DNA from: Enoplolaimus lenunculus
Lineage: Eukaryota
Reading direction: 5' to 3'
Assembly: GCA_030248215.1 (NCBI GenBank)
Contig: JASANG010000627.1
Coordinates: 248,001-312,000 of the forward strand
DNA length: 64,000 bases
Shown: positions 45,314-58,336 of the stretch, piece by piece
How positions within the stretch are numbered: the first letter of the stretch is position 1
How the letters are laid out: each line of letters opens with the position of its first letter
Translations under genes and position numbers: made by a program
Notes under the pieces: model-generated
The model's database searches: none
Told to the model about the DNA's origin: nothing
Seen by the model: the letters and a program-made list of their open reading frames with translations, nothing else

Positions 45314-46427
45314 TGCCTGCGAATCAGACTTACGAATGAAAGACACCAGCAAAACGTATACAATTACAACTCAGTATGTCAACTTGATCCTAAACTACAT
45401 CTGAAACAGTGAAACTGTAAAAATATACACCTGGCATTATGCCTATAGAGTTGTCGTTTGAAAAACCAGAAAATGAACCAAATTTAAAAATCATAGCTAT
45501 GTACGTACCTATAATATTGTCAAGTATACACCTTCCCATGACCGTTCATTTTCAAATTTTAATACAAAAAGAGGCCAATGTTACCCTAAAGGTTGACCTA
45601 TTTTCCTGGAACAGAAATGTACCAGGACTACACACAACAAATATAATTGGGACAGCCGGACAGTTGAACAGCGGGACAGTTGGACAGCGATCAGGGGTCC
45701 AAAGCAGGATGGGGCCTGTCGCCCCCCAAATGCCCCCACAATAAAGCAATTCATTTATTGGAATCCTTATCTTGCTCAGCTTGAACGTCCTTTTTACTGG
45801 GGGTCAGGAGGTGCTGCAATCCGACGAGAAAAGTAAACACTGTCAGTCCTGCACATTTTCAGCATATATGGGGTCAGGGGATCGGCATCCCCTCTCCCTC
45901 CGAGAAAATGTAACACAACAATAAATATATATTTTTATATACATATTACATATTATCTATAATATATGTATATATTTATATATGGCTGTGCATATATAAA
46001 CAAGAATGCATATGTTTGCACTCCTGGTATATTGCTGTCCCGGGACAATGGGGTGGCTTTTACCGCAACATGGGCCCAAAAAGATATCTAGCTAGCAGCA
46101 TGTACTTCATTAATTCCTTTAACCCATCATAGCCCAGATCAAAACTTTTTACATAGTCCGGAACTGAGCATTTATTTAACCATTCAACCTTTGAATGTCC
46201 TTGTTAATAAAATTGAAATTGCCTTAATAGATAATAAGCCTAAATATTACCGTACAATAAAACATACAATTATCCAACTAATAAATGTCGCTGTTATACT
46301 TTTGTGTACTACACATTTAAAACTTGTGTAGTTTATTAATTAAGCTTTCGGTCTTTTTATTCTAGTTTTAATTACGTCTATTTCAAAAAGAAATAAAAAA
46401 ATTTGACAACAGTTCATATACTGATTG

Positions 46428-49400
46428 TGTAGCGTATGTGTTCTGGCTTAGAATAAAAATAAAATTTTAAAAAATAAAATAGATTCGAAGGATCGAAAAA
46501 AGGTTTTGAAGAAAAAATATTTTTTGATTAATAAATTGTGGTTTTTGACGAGGCAGTTGAATGATATTTGTTTTATTGTATTTACTTAATACTTCGAAAA
46601 GCGCAAATAAACGCAAAGACTAAAGAAGTTACTTCTACATTAAAACGACTACCAAATCTGGTTTGACGATAAATTTCGAAATATAATTCAAATTGACGTA
46701 GTGTTTCACCAAATCCAATCAACTCCAGTTGTCACGGCATTTTACCGAATCACAACGAAACAAACAATTTCCACTGGGTTAAGTCAAACTCGCAGTCACT
46801 GCATTTTGGCGCCCAACATGAGCAACAACACATCAAACCTGTTTGAAAAACGCCGATTTATCAAGATAGAAAAATAATGAAATGGTAAACTAAACCATGA
46901 TATCCCAATGCAACTAGTAATTTTTACTTGAATAATTTTATGTGACCATTTTTTGCTAATCAAAAACTGCAATTAAACAAACTTCTAAGAAATTAAGAAC
47001 TCGTAGTTACGGTAAGCTTTCACGAAAACCAGCCAAAACCATGCTATCCACCACTCATAACTCAAATCAAATTTTGCCAATATTAAGTAACTCTACAGTT
47101 ATTTTAGCAGAACCATTTACTGGCACTGATACAGCCAAAAATATAAAGGTCTGGTTTAGAGATTTTATTCGCGTTGCAAACACTAATAACTGGTCAGCAA
47201 GTAGCCGTAAACAAATTTTGCCAGCTTTGTTAACTTACCGTGCCGGATCATTTTTTGATTCACTAAACCATTACTGAAGTTTTGATGAAATTAAAACTAA
47301 AATGATAGAAAAGTTTACCCCTGAAAGTGGAATGAGTTGGGCAGAACTAAACATTCGATACCAACAATCACACGAAACAATCGACGATTTTGCAGAGGCA
47401 ATCCACAACTTCGTGCAAAAATCTTACCCTATTGCACCAGAACACGAAATGAACGATACAAAGTTAAAAAACTTTGTTTATCGCTAATTGCCGCAGTACC
47501 AGCAAATACTACTTCAAAAAGACATTGCAAAAATGACAATTGACGAAGCTATAACACTTGCAAAATGGCAAGAAAATGCAATAAAGCAAATATGTGTCAC
47601 ACAAAACATGTCACAACAACCGCCAAACACATTCACACATGATAATACTTTGTTAAAAGCAATACAACAATTATGGGTCATCCACGTTATAATGCGCCCG
47701 CTAATGTAAGAATTTGTCCAACCACCCGGTAGGGAGCTGTGTGCAAATCGAAGCTGCAACTAACGTGTAGGTACAATTTTATGCGGTATGCAGACACTAT
47801 TAATTGTCCCTACACTGTCCGAAGGCAGTCGGAACCAAAGATAAAAAATTAAGCATCACAAATAAGTGTATATATGTAATTGTGTTGTTGTTATGCATGT
47901 TTGCGATGCTATATGAACACAGTGCAATATGTCTTTAAGTCCTCGTTAGGGACTACCGGACATTATAGTGGTCTCGTAACAGAGTGTTAAAACGACGTCG
48001 GGCCTTACTTAACCCAACATTTTTTGCAGTAGCGCCTGCAGTATAACGTGGATTTCCATTAACAGAAAAATTAACGCAACCAAACACAGCACAACTCAGC
48101 TACCATAGATCCATTTGAAAAAGATTAAATAAACTTGAGACTGGATTTGAAAGTTACATCGAATCAACTACTCAATAAATACAACTTAATTAGAACACGC
48201 GCAAAACAAACCAAAGACCAAACTACACAAAAACAAATACACTGCTTCATATGCAACCGAACAATCATTTTACAAGCCAATGTCGATCACTTCCCCAAAA
48301 GAGACCATCGCTACTCAAAACATTCAACCATTAATACAAACACAACAATCACAATCAGCTGTACAATCGCAAATTCCACAAATACAGCCCAATTGGTTTA
48401 ACTCACAACAACCATCAGCTAATTTCACAGGTCCAAGGGAAAACTAATCCGGACTCCCTTAGGGGAAAGGCGAGTCCATAAAAACACACATATAAATCCC
48501 TCAAAAGAATGCTTACCAACAAAATCAGTTTTTCACTCAAAAGTATGTTCTACTAGCTGCCATTTATAATGCAAAAATTGGTAAAGACATTTTTGTCGAA
48601 CCTTATGCGATTCTGGTTCTGAAATAAACATAATAAGTGAAAAGTTTTTTCTGTTATTCCCAAAGGAATGATAGCAAAAATTAGGATCCAAGATCACTAA
48701 TCTCTGTTACCGGCAATCATTAAACATAATCGAAGTTATTCAATTCCGCTAACAATAGGGTTATTAGAACAACTAAAATTTTTCGTCGTCCAGAAGCCCA
48801 CCATGATTGCATCATTGGTACACAGTTGTTTCACATGGAAATCTGAATTTTTCAACGTTTCCTACAGTTACATGGTATAAAAATACCATTCATACAGCGG
48901 AATATTGAAAACACACTTGCGTCGTCTGTAACTTTGATAGGACCGTTTGCATACCTCCTCTTCTGAAAAAGTTTGTTGGGCAAAAATTGAGTAAAGCTTA
49001 GATAACTGCGATGTATTATTTTCACCCAGCCAATTTCTACCGTTCTAAAAGCAAGAATCAACTGGAATTTGTTCTTGGAGCACATAGTCTCCCCACGCCA
49101 AGCAAAAATTCCAATCAAATTAATTAATTTGTGTTATGTTCCATAACCCTGCAACCCAATACAATTTTAATCATGCGAAAAGTACACACAATTAAATAAA
49201 AATCTAGCAAGCACTTGCACGCACCCTTCTCAAACAAATGCAAATCAGCAAACACGATTGTACCGAAAGGAGCGCTTCAGCGGATGCCAATATGAATGAG
49301 GAACAGAAAGACACAGCTAGTTACTGCAAGAATATACACATATTTGAATCAGAATACATCCTTTTGACCACACAACTAACAAACATAAATTGACACTGGA

Positions 49401-49725
49401 GCGAATACCTATGAGCAAGTAGCGTACAATATCCCCCTCTCAAAAAGCCATAATGTCTGAACATGTTAATCTATGTTGAATAAAGGTGTTATAGACCATC
49501 AACAGTCCGTGGTCTTCCCAGTTGTTCTTGTTCCAAATGGAAAATTCGTTTTTGTGTCGATTACAAGGTTAAATAAAATTACTAAACGTACACGTATCCA
49601 GTCCCGCGATTGATGATACCTTAGATCACTGGGAAAGAAGCTATTTTTCGACGTTGATATCAGTTCAGATACTGGCATGGTCCCATACACGACTCGAAAA
49701 GAAAAACTGTACATACAAAATTTTG
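46428..49725 (+). mobile_element. Duplicate 5' part of the Gypsy element (LTR 46428-46803, gag, PR, start of RT)
   Basis: Near-identical to 56257-59650, with the same upstream flank; ends at the fold-back. Confidence 0.85.
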
Positions 49726-52700
49726 CTCGAAATCGGGGGTTGAAGTACTGGTGCCGTCGTAGAGCTGTTCAGGCGTGCAAAAGCAGTTGCAATCGGCACC
49801 ATACAAAGCTTACATTTTTACGCGTAGAATTTATTTTGGTTACGTGATTGATGAAAATTTTGTATGTACAGTTTTTCTTTATCGAGTCCGTTATGGGCCC
49901 CAGTTCCTGACTGTATCCAACGTCGAAAATAGCTTCTTTTCCAGTGATTAGGTATATCATCCGCTGGTCGTTCACGTTTAGATTTTATTTACCGTCTTAT
50001 CGCGATTTTTCATTTTTTGGACAAGACAACTGGCCCACCTCTTATGGTTCTATACACCTTTATTCAACAAGATTTAACATGTTCAGCATTATGGCTTTTT
50101 GAGAGGGGGATACTCTGTACGCTACTTGCTTATAGGTATTTCGCTACCAGTGTATTTATGTTCTGTTAGTTGTGTGCGTCCAAGTTTATTTGATTCAAAT
50201 ATTCAGTATATTCTTGCAGTACTTATCATGTTGTCTTTCTGTTCCTCATTCATATTGCATCCGCTGACCTCCTTTCGTCAATCGTGTTTTGCTGATTTGC
50301 ATTTGTTTGGAGGGTCGGTCTTCTGTTTTTATTTAATTGTGTGTACTTTTCATATCCTAATTGTATTGGGTTGCAGGGTTATTGGACATACACAAATTAA
50401 TTAATTTGATTGGATTTTTCTTGGCGTGGTTTGGCCAGACTATGTGCTCCAAGACAAATTCCAGTTGATTCTTGCTTTTAGCGTTGAATTGGCTGTGGTA
50501 AATTCATCGCAGTTATCTAGCTTTACTCAATTTTTGCCCACAAACTTTTTCAGTAAGAGGAGGTATGCAAACGGTTCCTATCAAAGTTACAGACGACGCA
50601 AGTGTGTTTTCAATATTCCGCTGTATGAATGGTATTTTTATACCATGTAACTGTAGGAAACGTTTTGAAAAATTCAGATTTCCATGTGAAACAACTGTGT
50701 TACCAATGATCATCATGGTGGCGTTCTGCGCGAAAAATTTTAGTTGTTTTTCTATAACCCTATTGTTAGCGGATTTGAATAACTTCGATTATGTTTAATT
50801 TGTCCGGTAACAGGATTAGTGATCTTGGATTCTCTTGATTTTTCTCATTCCTTTGGGATAACAGAAAAACTTTTTCACTTATTATGTTTATTTCAGACCA
50901 GATCGCATAGGTTTCGACATGTCTTTACCAATTTTTGCATTATAAATCAGCTTAGTAGCATACTTTTGAGTGAACTGATTTTGTTGGTAACATTCTTTTG
51001 AGGGATTTATATGTGTGTTTTTATCGGACTCGCCTTTCCCCTGGTCCGGATTAGTTTTCCCTTGCCTGTGAAATTAGCTGATGGTTGTTGTGAGTTAAAC
51101 CAATTGGGCTGTATTTGTGGATTTGCGATTGTCAGCTGATTGTGATTGTTGTGTTTGTATTAATGGTTGAATGTTTTGAGTAGCGATGGTTCTCTTTTGG
51201 GGAAGTTCCATTGGCTTGTAAAATGATTGTTTCGGTTGATATGAGCAGTGTATTTGTTTTTGTGTAGTTTGCTAGTTACTTTGGTTTGTTTTGCGCGTTG
51301 TTTTACTAATTAAGTTGTCTATTTTTTATTGAGTAGTTCATCTCGATGTTAACTCTTCATCCAGTCTAGTTTATTTAATCTTTTTCAAATGGATCTATGG
51401 TAGCTGCAGTTGTTGCTGTGTTTGGTTGCGTTAATTTTTCTGTTAATGGAACATCCACGTTTACTCAGGCGCTCTGCAAAATGTCTGGTCTAGTAAGCCG
51501 CGTCGTTTAACACACTCTTTACGCCACTATTGTCCGAGTCCCTCGAGGACTTAAAGACATATTCACTGTGTTCATATCCGCACATGCATACAACAACACA
51601 AATCATATATACACTTATTTGTTATCTTAATTTTTTATCTTTTTTCCGCTCCTTCGGCAGTGTCGGGCAATTAATAGTGTCTCGCCGCAAAAATTCCTCC
51701 GTAGTTGCCCTCGATTTTCACAGTCCCTCCGTGTACAAATTCTTACATTAGCGGGCGCATTATAACGTGGATGACCCATAATTGTTGTATTCTTTTAACA
51801 AAGTATTTCATGTGTGAATGTGTTTGGCGGTTGTTGTGACATGTTTTGTGTGACACATATTTGCTTTATTGCATTTTCTTGCCATTTTGCAAGTGTTATA
51901 GCTTCGTCAATTGTCATTTTTGCAATGTCTTTTTGAAGTAGTATTTGCTGGTACTGCGGCAATTAGCGATAAACAAAGTTTTTTAACTTTGTATCGTTCA
52001 TTTCGTGTTCTGGTGCAATAGGGTAAGATTTTTGCACGAAGTTGTGGATTGCCTCTGCAAAATCGTCGATTGTTTCGTGTGATTGTTGGTATCGAATGTT
52101 TAGTTCTGCCCAACTCATTCCACTTTCAGGGGTAAACTTTTCTATCATTTTAGTTTTAATTTCATCAAAACTTCAGTAATGGTTTAGTGAATCAAAAAAT
52201 GATCCGGCACGGTAAGTTAACAAAGCTGGCAAAATTTGTTTACGGCTACTTGCTGACCAGTTATTAGTGTTTGCAACGCGAATAAAATCTCTAAACCAGA
52301 CCTTTATATTTTTGGCTGTATCAGTGCCAGTAAATGGTTCTGCTAAAATAACTGTAGAGTTACTTAATATTGGCAAAATTTGATTTGAGTTATGAGTGGT
52401 GGATAGCATGGTTTTGGCTGGTTTTCGTGAAAGCTTACCGTAACTACGAGTTCTTAATTTCTTAGAAGTTTGTTTAATTGCAGTTTTTGATTAGCAAAAA
52501 ATGGTCACATAAAATTATTCAAGTAAAAATTACTAGTTGCATTGGGATATCATGGTTTAGTTTACCATTTCATTATTTTTCTATCTTGATAAATCGGCGT
52601 TTTTCAAACAGGTTTGATGTGTTGTTGCTCACGTTGGGCGCCAAAATGCAGTGACTGCGAGTTTGACTTAACCCAGTGGAAATTGTTTGTTTCGTTGTGA

Positions 52701-53022
52701 TTCGGTAAAATGCCGTGACAACTGGAGTTGATTGGATTTGGTGAAACACTACGTCAATTTGAATTATATTTCGAAATTTATCGTCAAACCAGATTTGGTA
52801 GTCGTTTTAATGTAGAAGTAACTTCTTTAGTCTTTGCGTTTATTTGCGCTTTTCGAAGTATTAAGTAAATACAATAAAACAAATATCATTCAACTGCCTC
52901 GTCAAAAACCACAATTTATTAATCAAAAAATATTTTTTCTTCAAAACCTTTTTTCGATCCTTCGAATCTATTTTATTTTTTAAAATTTTATTTTTATTCT
53001 AAGCCAGAACACATACGCTACA
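49726..53022 (-). mobile_element. Inverted duplicate of the 5' part of the Gypsy element (LTR 52647-53022)
   Basis: Reverse complement of about 56257-59790; identical gag fragment ORFs at 52173..52409 and 51963..52148. Confidence 0.85.
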
Positions 53023-55194
53023 CAATCAGTATATGAACTGTTGTCAAATTTTTTTATTTCTTTTTGAAATAGACGTAATTAAAACTAGAATAAAAAGACC
53101 GAAAGCTTAATTAATAAACTACACAAGTTTTAAATGTGTAGTACACAAAAGTATAACAGCGACATTTATTAGTTGGATAATTGTATGTTTTATTGTACGG
53201 TAATATTTAGGCTTATTATCTATTAAGGCAATTTCAATTTTATTAACAAGGACATTCAAAGGTTGAATGGTTAAATAAATGCTCAGTTCCGGACTATGTA
53301 AAAAGTTTTGATCTGGGCTATGATGGGTTAAAGGAATTAATGAAGTACATGCTGCTAGCTAGATATCTTTTTGGGCCCATGTTGCGGTAAAAGCCACCCC
53401 ATTGTCCCGGGACAGCAATATACCAGGAGTGCAAACATATGCATTCTTGTTTATATATGCACAGCCATATATAAATATATACATATATTATAGATAATAT
53501 GTAATATGTATATAAAAATATATATTTATTGTTGTGTTACATTTTCTCGGAGGGAGAGGGGATGCCGATCCCCTGACCCCATATATGCTGAAAATGTGCA
53601 GGACTGACAGTGTTTACTTTTCTCGTCGGATTGCAGCACCTCCTGACCCCCAGTAAAAAGGACGTTCAAGCGGAGCAAGATAAGGATTCCAATAAATGAA
53701 TTGCTTTATTGTGGGGGCATTTGGGGGGCGACAGGCCCCATCCTGCTTTGGACCCCTGATCGCTGTCCAACTGTCCCGCTGTTCAACTGTCCGGCTGTCC
53801 CAATTATATTTGTTGTGTGTAGTCCTGGTACATTTCTGTTCCAGGAAAATAGGTCAACCTTTAGGGTAACATTGGCCTCTTTTTGTATTAAAATTTGAAA
53901 ATGAACGGTCATGGGAAGGTGTATACTTGACAATATTATAGGTACGTACATAGCTATGATTTTTAAATTTGGTTCATTTTCTGGTTTTTCAAACGACAAC
54001 TCTATAGGCATAATGCCAGGTGTATATTTTTACAGTTTCACTGTTTCAGATGTAGTTTAGGATCAAGTTGACATACTGAGTTGTAATTGTATACGTTTTG
54101 CTGGTGTCTTTCATTCGTAATCTGATTCGCAGGCAATGGGTCAAGGAGCAAGTATGTCAGCCATTCTAAGGTAAGAATTTTGGGGTATTATTGCCACACC
54201 ACATCTTGCCGAGTTGTGGATTTGAGATAATGAATTATGGCCTTGTGTCGCCGCTTGTCTTCTTTCTAATAAGTGTACAGTCATACGTAATATGTGGTAT
54301 ATATACACCTTGACTTGACAGTTATGGATAAGAAATTCAGGTGTTCATTTAAACAGCAAAAACTAGAAGATCGTTGCTAGCACATGCATAACTTTACGGT
54401 ATGGTATGACATACTTTAAAATGTGAGTGCTATTTAGAAAATATATATACGAATTTTTCTTTATTCAAAAAATTCAAACTGAAAACGAGCGTTATTGCAC
54501 AGCTTGATAGCTAAATGCCTGCACTCAATATAATTTCAGACGACGTCATCCAAGCATGGTCGCCATTCAACTAGGAGCTTACCTGACAGTGTTCGGTTAA
54601 ATCGTCTTAGAACTGCGAATGCCGCTAACATATCACTTGATTTTGGTTCACTGCCTTCTGCTCAACATCAACGGTTATCGGTGCCAGTTAAGTCAGATAG
54701 CAAGAGCAACGGTTAGATTTTAGATATATTTGACTATCCTTTATTCATCAGCTTCAACTGTTCACGCGAAAATTTCGCCCATTGTTCGAAATATATTAAT
54801 ACGGAAACTGGAAAATTGCTCACTGATTTACAAACAGATATCTTTTTAGTGGAAGTCTCCACTCGGAAATATTTCCCTCCCTCACATGCTGATAATGAGA
54901 TGGGCAAACAAAACACAAGCTAGCAGAGTCGACTAAGGTATACACTTGAGTTAAGGTACAGAATCAAGGTTTTTCAAAGAGCGCGATATACATTTATTTA
55001 CATGTCATGTCCAGTTAGAATCCTCATCGAGTTCCTGTTCCAGTAAAAATTCAATATCCGGTACATATCTAGTAAACAATCTCGGGTCAGTGATGCGCGG
55101 TAATGTACATACGTGATATATAATTTTTTGTTTAGTTGTATGGCGTACGACCTTTTTTAATTCCACGTTTTGCTTTTTTTTTTTTCTTAAAAAG

Positions 55195-55234
<40 letters not shown>

Positions 55235-56256
55235 GTATGTAATTGATTAAATAATTGAAAAGTGAAATGTAAAAATATACACCTGGCATTATGCCTATAG
55301 AGTTGTCGTTTGAAAAACCAGAAAATGAACCAAATTTAAAAATCATAGCTATGTACGTACCTATAATATTGTCAAGTATACACCTTCCCATACCTTCATT
55401 TTCAAATTTTAATACAAAAAGAGGCCAATGTTACTCCTAAAGGTTGACCTATTTCCTGGAACAGAAATGTACAGGACTACACACAACAAATATAATTGGG
55501 ACAGCCGGACAGTTGAACAGCGGGACAGTTGGACAGCGATCAGGGGTCCAAAGCAGGATGGGGCCTCGCCCCATGCCCCCACAATAAAGCAATTCATTTA
55601 TTGGAATCCTTATCTTGCTCCGCTTGACGTCCTTTTTACTGGGGGTCAGGAGGTCTCCAATCCGACGAGAAAATAAACACTGTCAGTCCTGCACATTTTC
55701 AGCATATATGGGGTTAGGGGATCGGCATCCCCTCTCCCTCAAAAAATGTAACACAACAATAAATATATATTTTTATATACATATTACATATTATCTATAA
55801 TATATGTATATATTTATATATGGCTGTGCATATATAAACAAGAATGCATATGTTTGCACTCCTGGTATATTGCTGTCCCGGGACAATGGGTGGCTTTTAC
55901 CGCAACATGGGCCCAAAAAAATCTAGCTAGCACAGTACTTCATTAATTCCTTTAACCCATCATAGCCCAGATCAAAACTTTTTACATAGTCGGAACTAGC
56001 ATTTATTTAACCATTCAACCTTTGAATGTCCTTGTTAATAAAATTGAAATTGCCTTAATAATAATAAGCCTAAATATTACCGTACAATAAAACATACAAT
56101 TATCCAACTAATAAATGTCCTGTTATACTTTTGTGTACTACACATTTAAAACTTGTGTAGTTTATTAATTAAGCTTTCGGTCTTTTTATTCTAGTTTTAA
56201 TTACGTCTATTTCAAAAAGAAATAAAAAAATTTGACAACAGTTCATATACTGATTG

Positions 56257-56632
56257 TGTAGCGTATGTGTTCTGGCTTAGAATAAAAATAAAATTTTAAA
56301 AAATAAAATAGATTCGAAGGATCGAAAAAAGGTTTTGAAGAAAAAATATTTTTTGATTAATAAATTGTGGTTTTTGACGAGGCAGTTGAATGATATTTGT
56401 TTTATTGTATTTACTTAATACTTCGAAAAGCGCAAATAAACGCAAAGACTAAAGAAGTTACTTCTACATTAAAACGACTACCAAATCTGGTTTGACGATA
56501 AATTTCGAAATATAATTCAAATTGACGCAGTGTTTCACCAAATCCAATCAACTCCAGTTGTCACGGCATTTTACCGAATCACAACGAAACAAACAATTTC
56601 CACTGGGTTAAGTCAAACTCGCAGTCACTGCA
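56257..56632 (+). repeat. 5' LTR (376 bp)
   Basis: TGTAGCG...CACTGCA, direct repeat of 62501-62884. Confidence 0.95.
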
Positions 56633-56635
56633 TTT

Positions 56636-56649
56636 TGGCGCCCAACGTG
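56636..56649 (+). promoter_or_regulatory. Primer binding site complementary to the 3' end of tRNA-Lys(CUU)
   Basis: TGGCGCCCAACGTG, 3 nt after the LTR, matches the first 14 nt of the canonical Lys1,2 PBS TGGCGCCCAACGTGGGGC. Confidence 0.88.
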
Positions 56650-56869
56650 AGCAACAACACATCAAACCTGTTTGAAAAACGCCGATTTATCAAGATAGAA
56701 AAATAATGAAATGGTAAACTAAACCATGATATCCCAATGCAACTAGTAATTTTTACTTGAATAATTTTATGTGACCATTTTTTGCTAATCAAAAACTGCA
56801 ATTAAACAAACTTCTAAGAAATTAAGAACTCGTAGTTACGGTAAGCTTTCACGAAAACCAGCCAAAACC

Positions 56870-58304
56870 ATGCTATCCACCACTCATAACTCAAATCAAA
56901 TTTTGCCAATATTAAGTAACTCTACAGTTATTTTAGCAGAACCATTTACTGGCACTGATACAGCCAAAAATATAAAGGTCTGGTTTAGAGATTTTATTCG
57001 CGTTGCAAACACTAATAACTGGTCAGCAAGTAGCCGTAAACAAATTTTGCCAGCTTTGTTAACTTACCGTGCCGGATCATTTTTTGATTCACTAAACCAT
57101 TACTGAAGTTTTGATGAAATTAAAACTAAAATGATAGAAAAGTTTACCCCTGAAAGTGGAATGAGTTGGGCAGAACTAAACATTCGATACCAACAATCAC
57201 ACGAAACAATCGACGATTTTGCAGAGGCAATCCACAACTTCGTGCAAAAATCTTACCCTATTGCACCAGAACACGAAATGAACGATACAAAGTTAAAAAA
57301 CTTTGTTTATCGCTAATTGCCGCAGTACCAGCAAATACTACTTCAAAAAGACATTGCAAAAATGACAATTGACGAAGCTATAACACTTGCAAAATGGCAA
57401 GAAAATGCAATAAAGCAAATATGTGTCACACAAAACATGTCACAACAACCGCCAAACACATTCACACATGATAATACTTTGTTAAAAGCAATACAACAAT
57501 TATGGGTCATCCACGTTATAATGCGCGCGCTAATGTAAAAATTTGTCCAACCACCCGGTAGGGATCTGTGTACAAATCGAGGCTGCAACTACCGTGTAGG
57601 TACAATTTTATGCGGTACGTAGACACTATTAATTGTCCCGACACTGTCCGAAGGCAGTCGGAACAAAAGATAAAAAATTAAGCATAACAAATAAGTGTAT
57701 ATATGTATTTGTGTTGTTGTTATGCATGTTTGCGATGCTATATGAACACAGTGCAATATGTCTTTAAGTCCTCGTTAGGGACTACCGGACATTATAGTGG
57801 TCTCGTAACAGAGTGTGTTAAAACGACGTCGGGCCTTACTTAGACCCAGACATTTTTTGCAGTAGCGCCTGCAGTATAACGTGGATGTTCCATTAACAGA
57901 AAAATTAACGCAACCAAACACAGCAACAACTGCAGCTACCATAGATCCATTTGAAAAAGATTAAATAAACTTGAGACTGGATTTGAAGAGTTAACATCGC
58001 AGATGCAACTACTCAATAAAAAATAGACAACTTAATTAGTAAAACAACGCGCAAAACAAACCAAAGTAACTAGCAAACTACACAAAAACAAATACACTGC
58101 TTCATATGCAACCGAAACAATCATTTTACAAGCCAATGTCGATCACTTCCCCAAAAGAGAACCATCGCTACTCAAAACATTCAACCATTAATACAAACAC
58201 AACAATCACAATCAGCTGTACAATCGCAAATTCCACAAATACAGCCCAATTGGTTTAACTCACAACAACCATCAGCTAATTTCACAGGTCCAAGGGAAAA
58301 CTAA
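56870..58304 (+). pseudogene. gag: gag (stops, frameshifts and a MITE insertion)
   Basis: Capsid-like EPFTGTD..IKVWFRDFIRVANTNNW and QQSHETIDDF; zinc knuckle CFICNRNNHFTSQC at 58098-58139; in-frame stops at 57104 and 57314. Confidence 0.88.
57503..57892. mobile_element. 390-bp MITE with a 3-bp TTA TSD (PIF/Harbinger-type) inserted in gag
   Basis: TIR TGGGTCATCCACGTTATA / TATAACGTGGATGTTCCA with TTA on both sides. Removing it restores the gag reading IQQ-L-TEKLTQP. Confidence 0.85.
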
Positions 58305-58336
58305 TACCGGACTCCCTTAGGGGAAAGGCGAGTCCG
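58294..58336 (+). promoter_or_regulatory. Candidate gag-pol -1 ribosomal frameshift signal
   Basis: Slippery GGGAAAA(C) directly before the gag TAA, a 7-nt spacer, then hairpin CGGACTC-CCTT / AAGG-C-GAGTCCG. Confidence 0.65.

Noticed and set aside
54137..54711. Second, plus-strand gene copy (exons 1-2 of the NCKAP5-like gene)
   Set aside because: Part of the inverted duplicate; exon 1 has a single-base deletion and the copy breaks off at the start of exon 3.
55005..55391. 128-aa ORF with poly-Phe, or the poly-A run as a retrogene tail
   Set aside because: It spans the low-quality second junction of the inverted duplication; there is no TSD and no coding signal.
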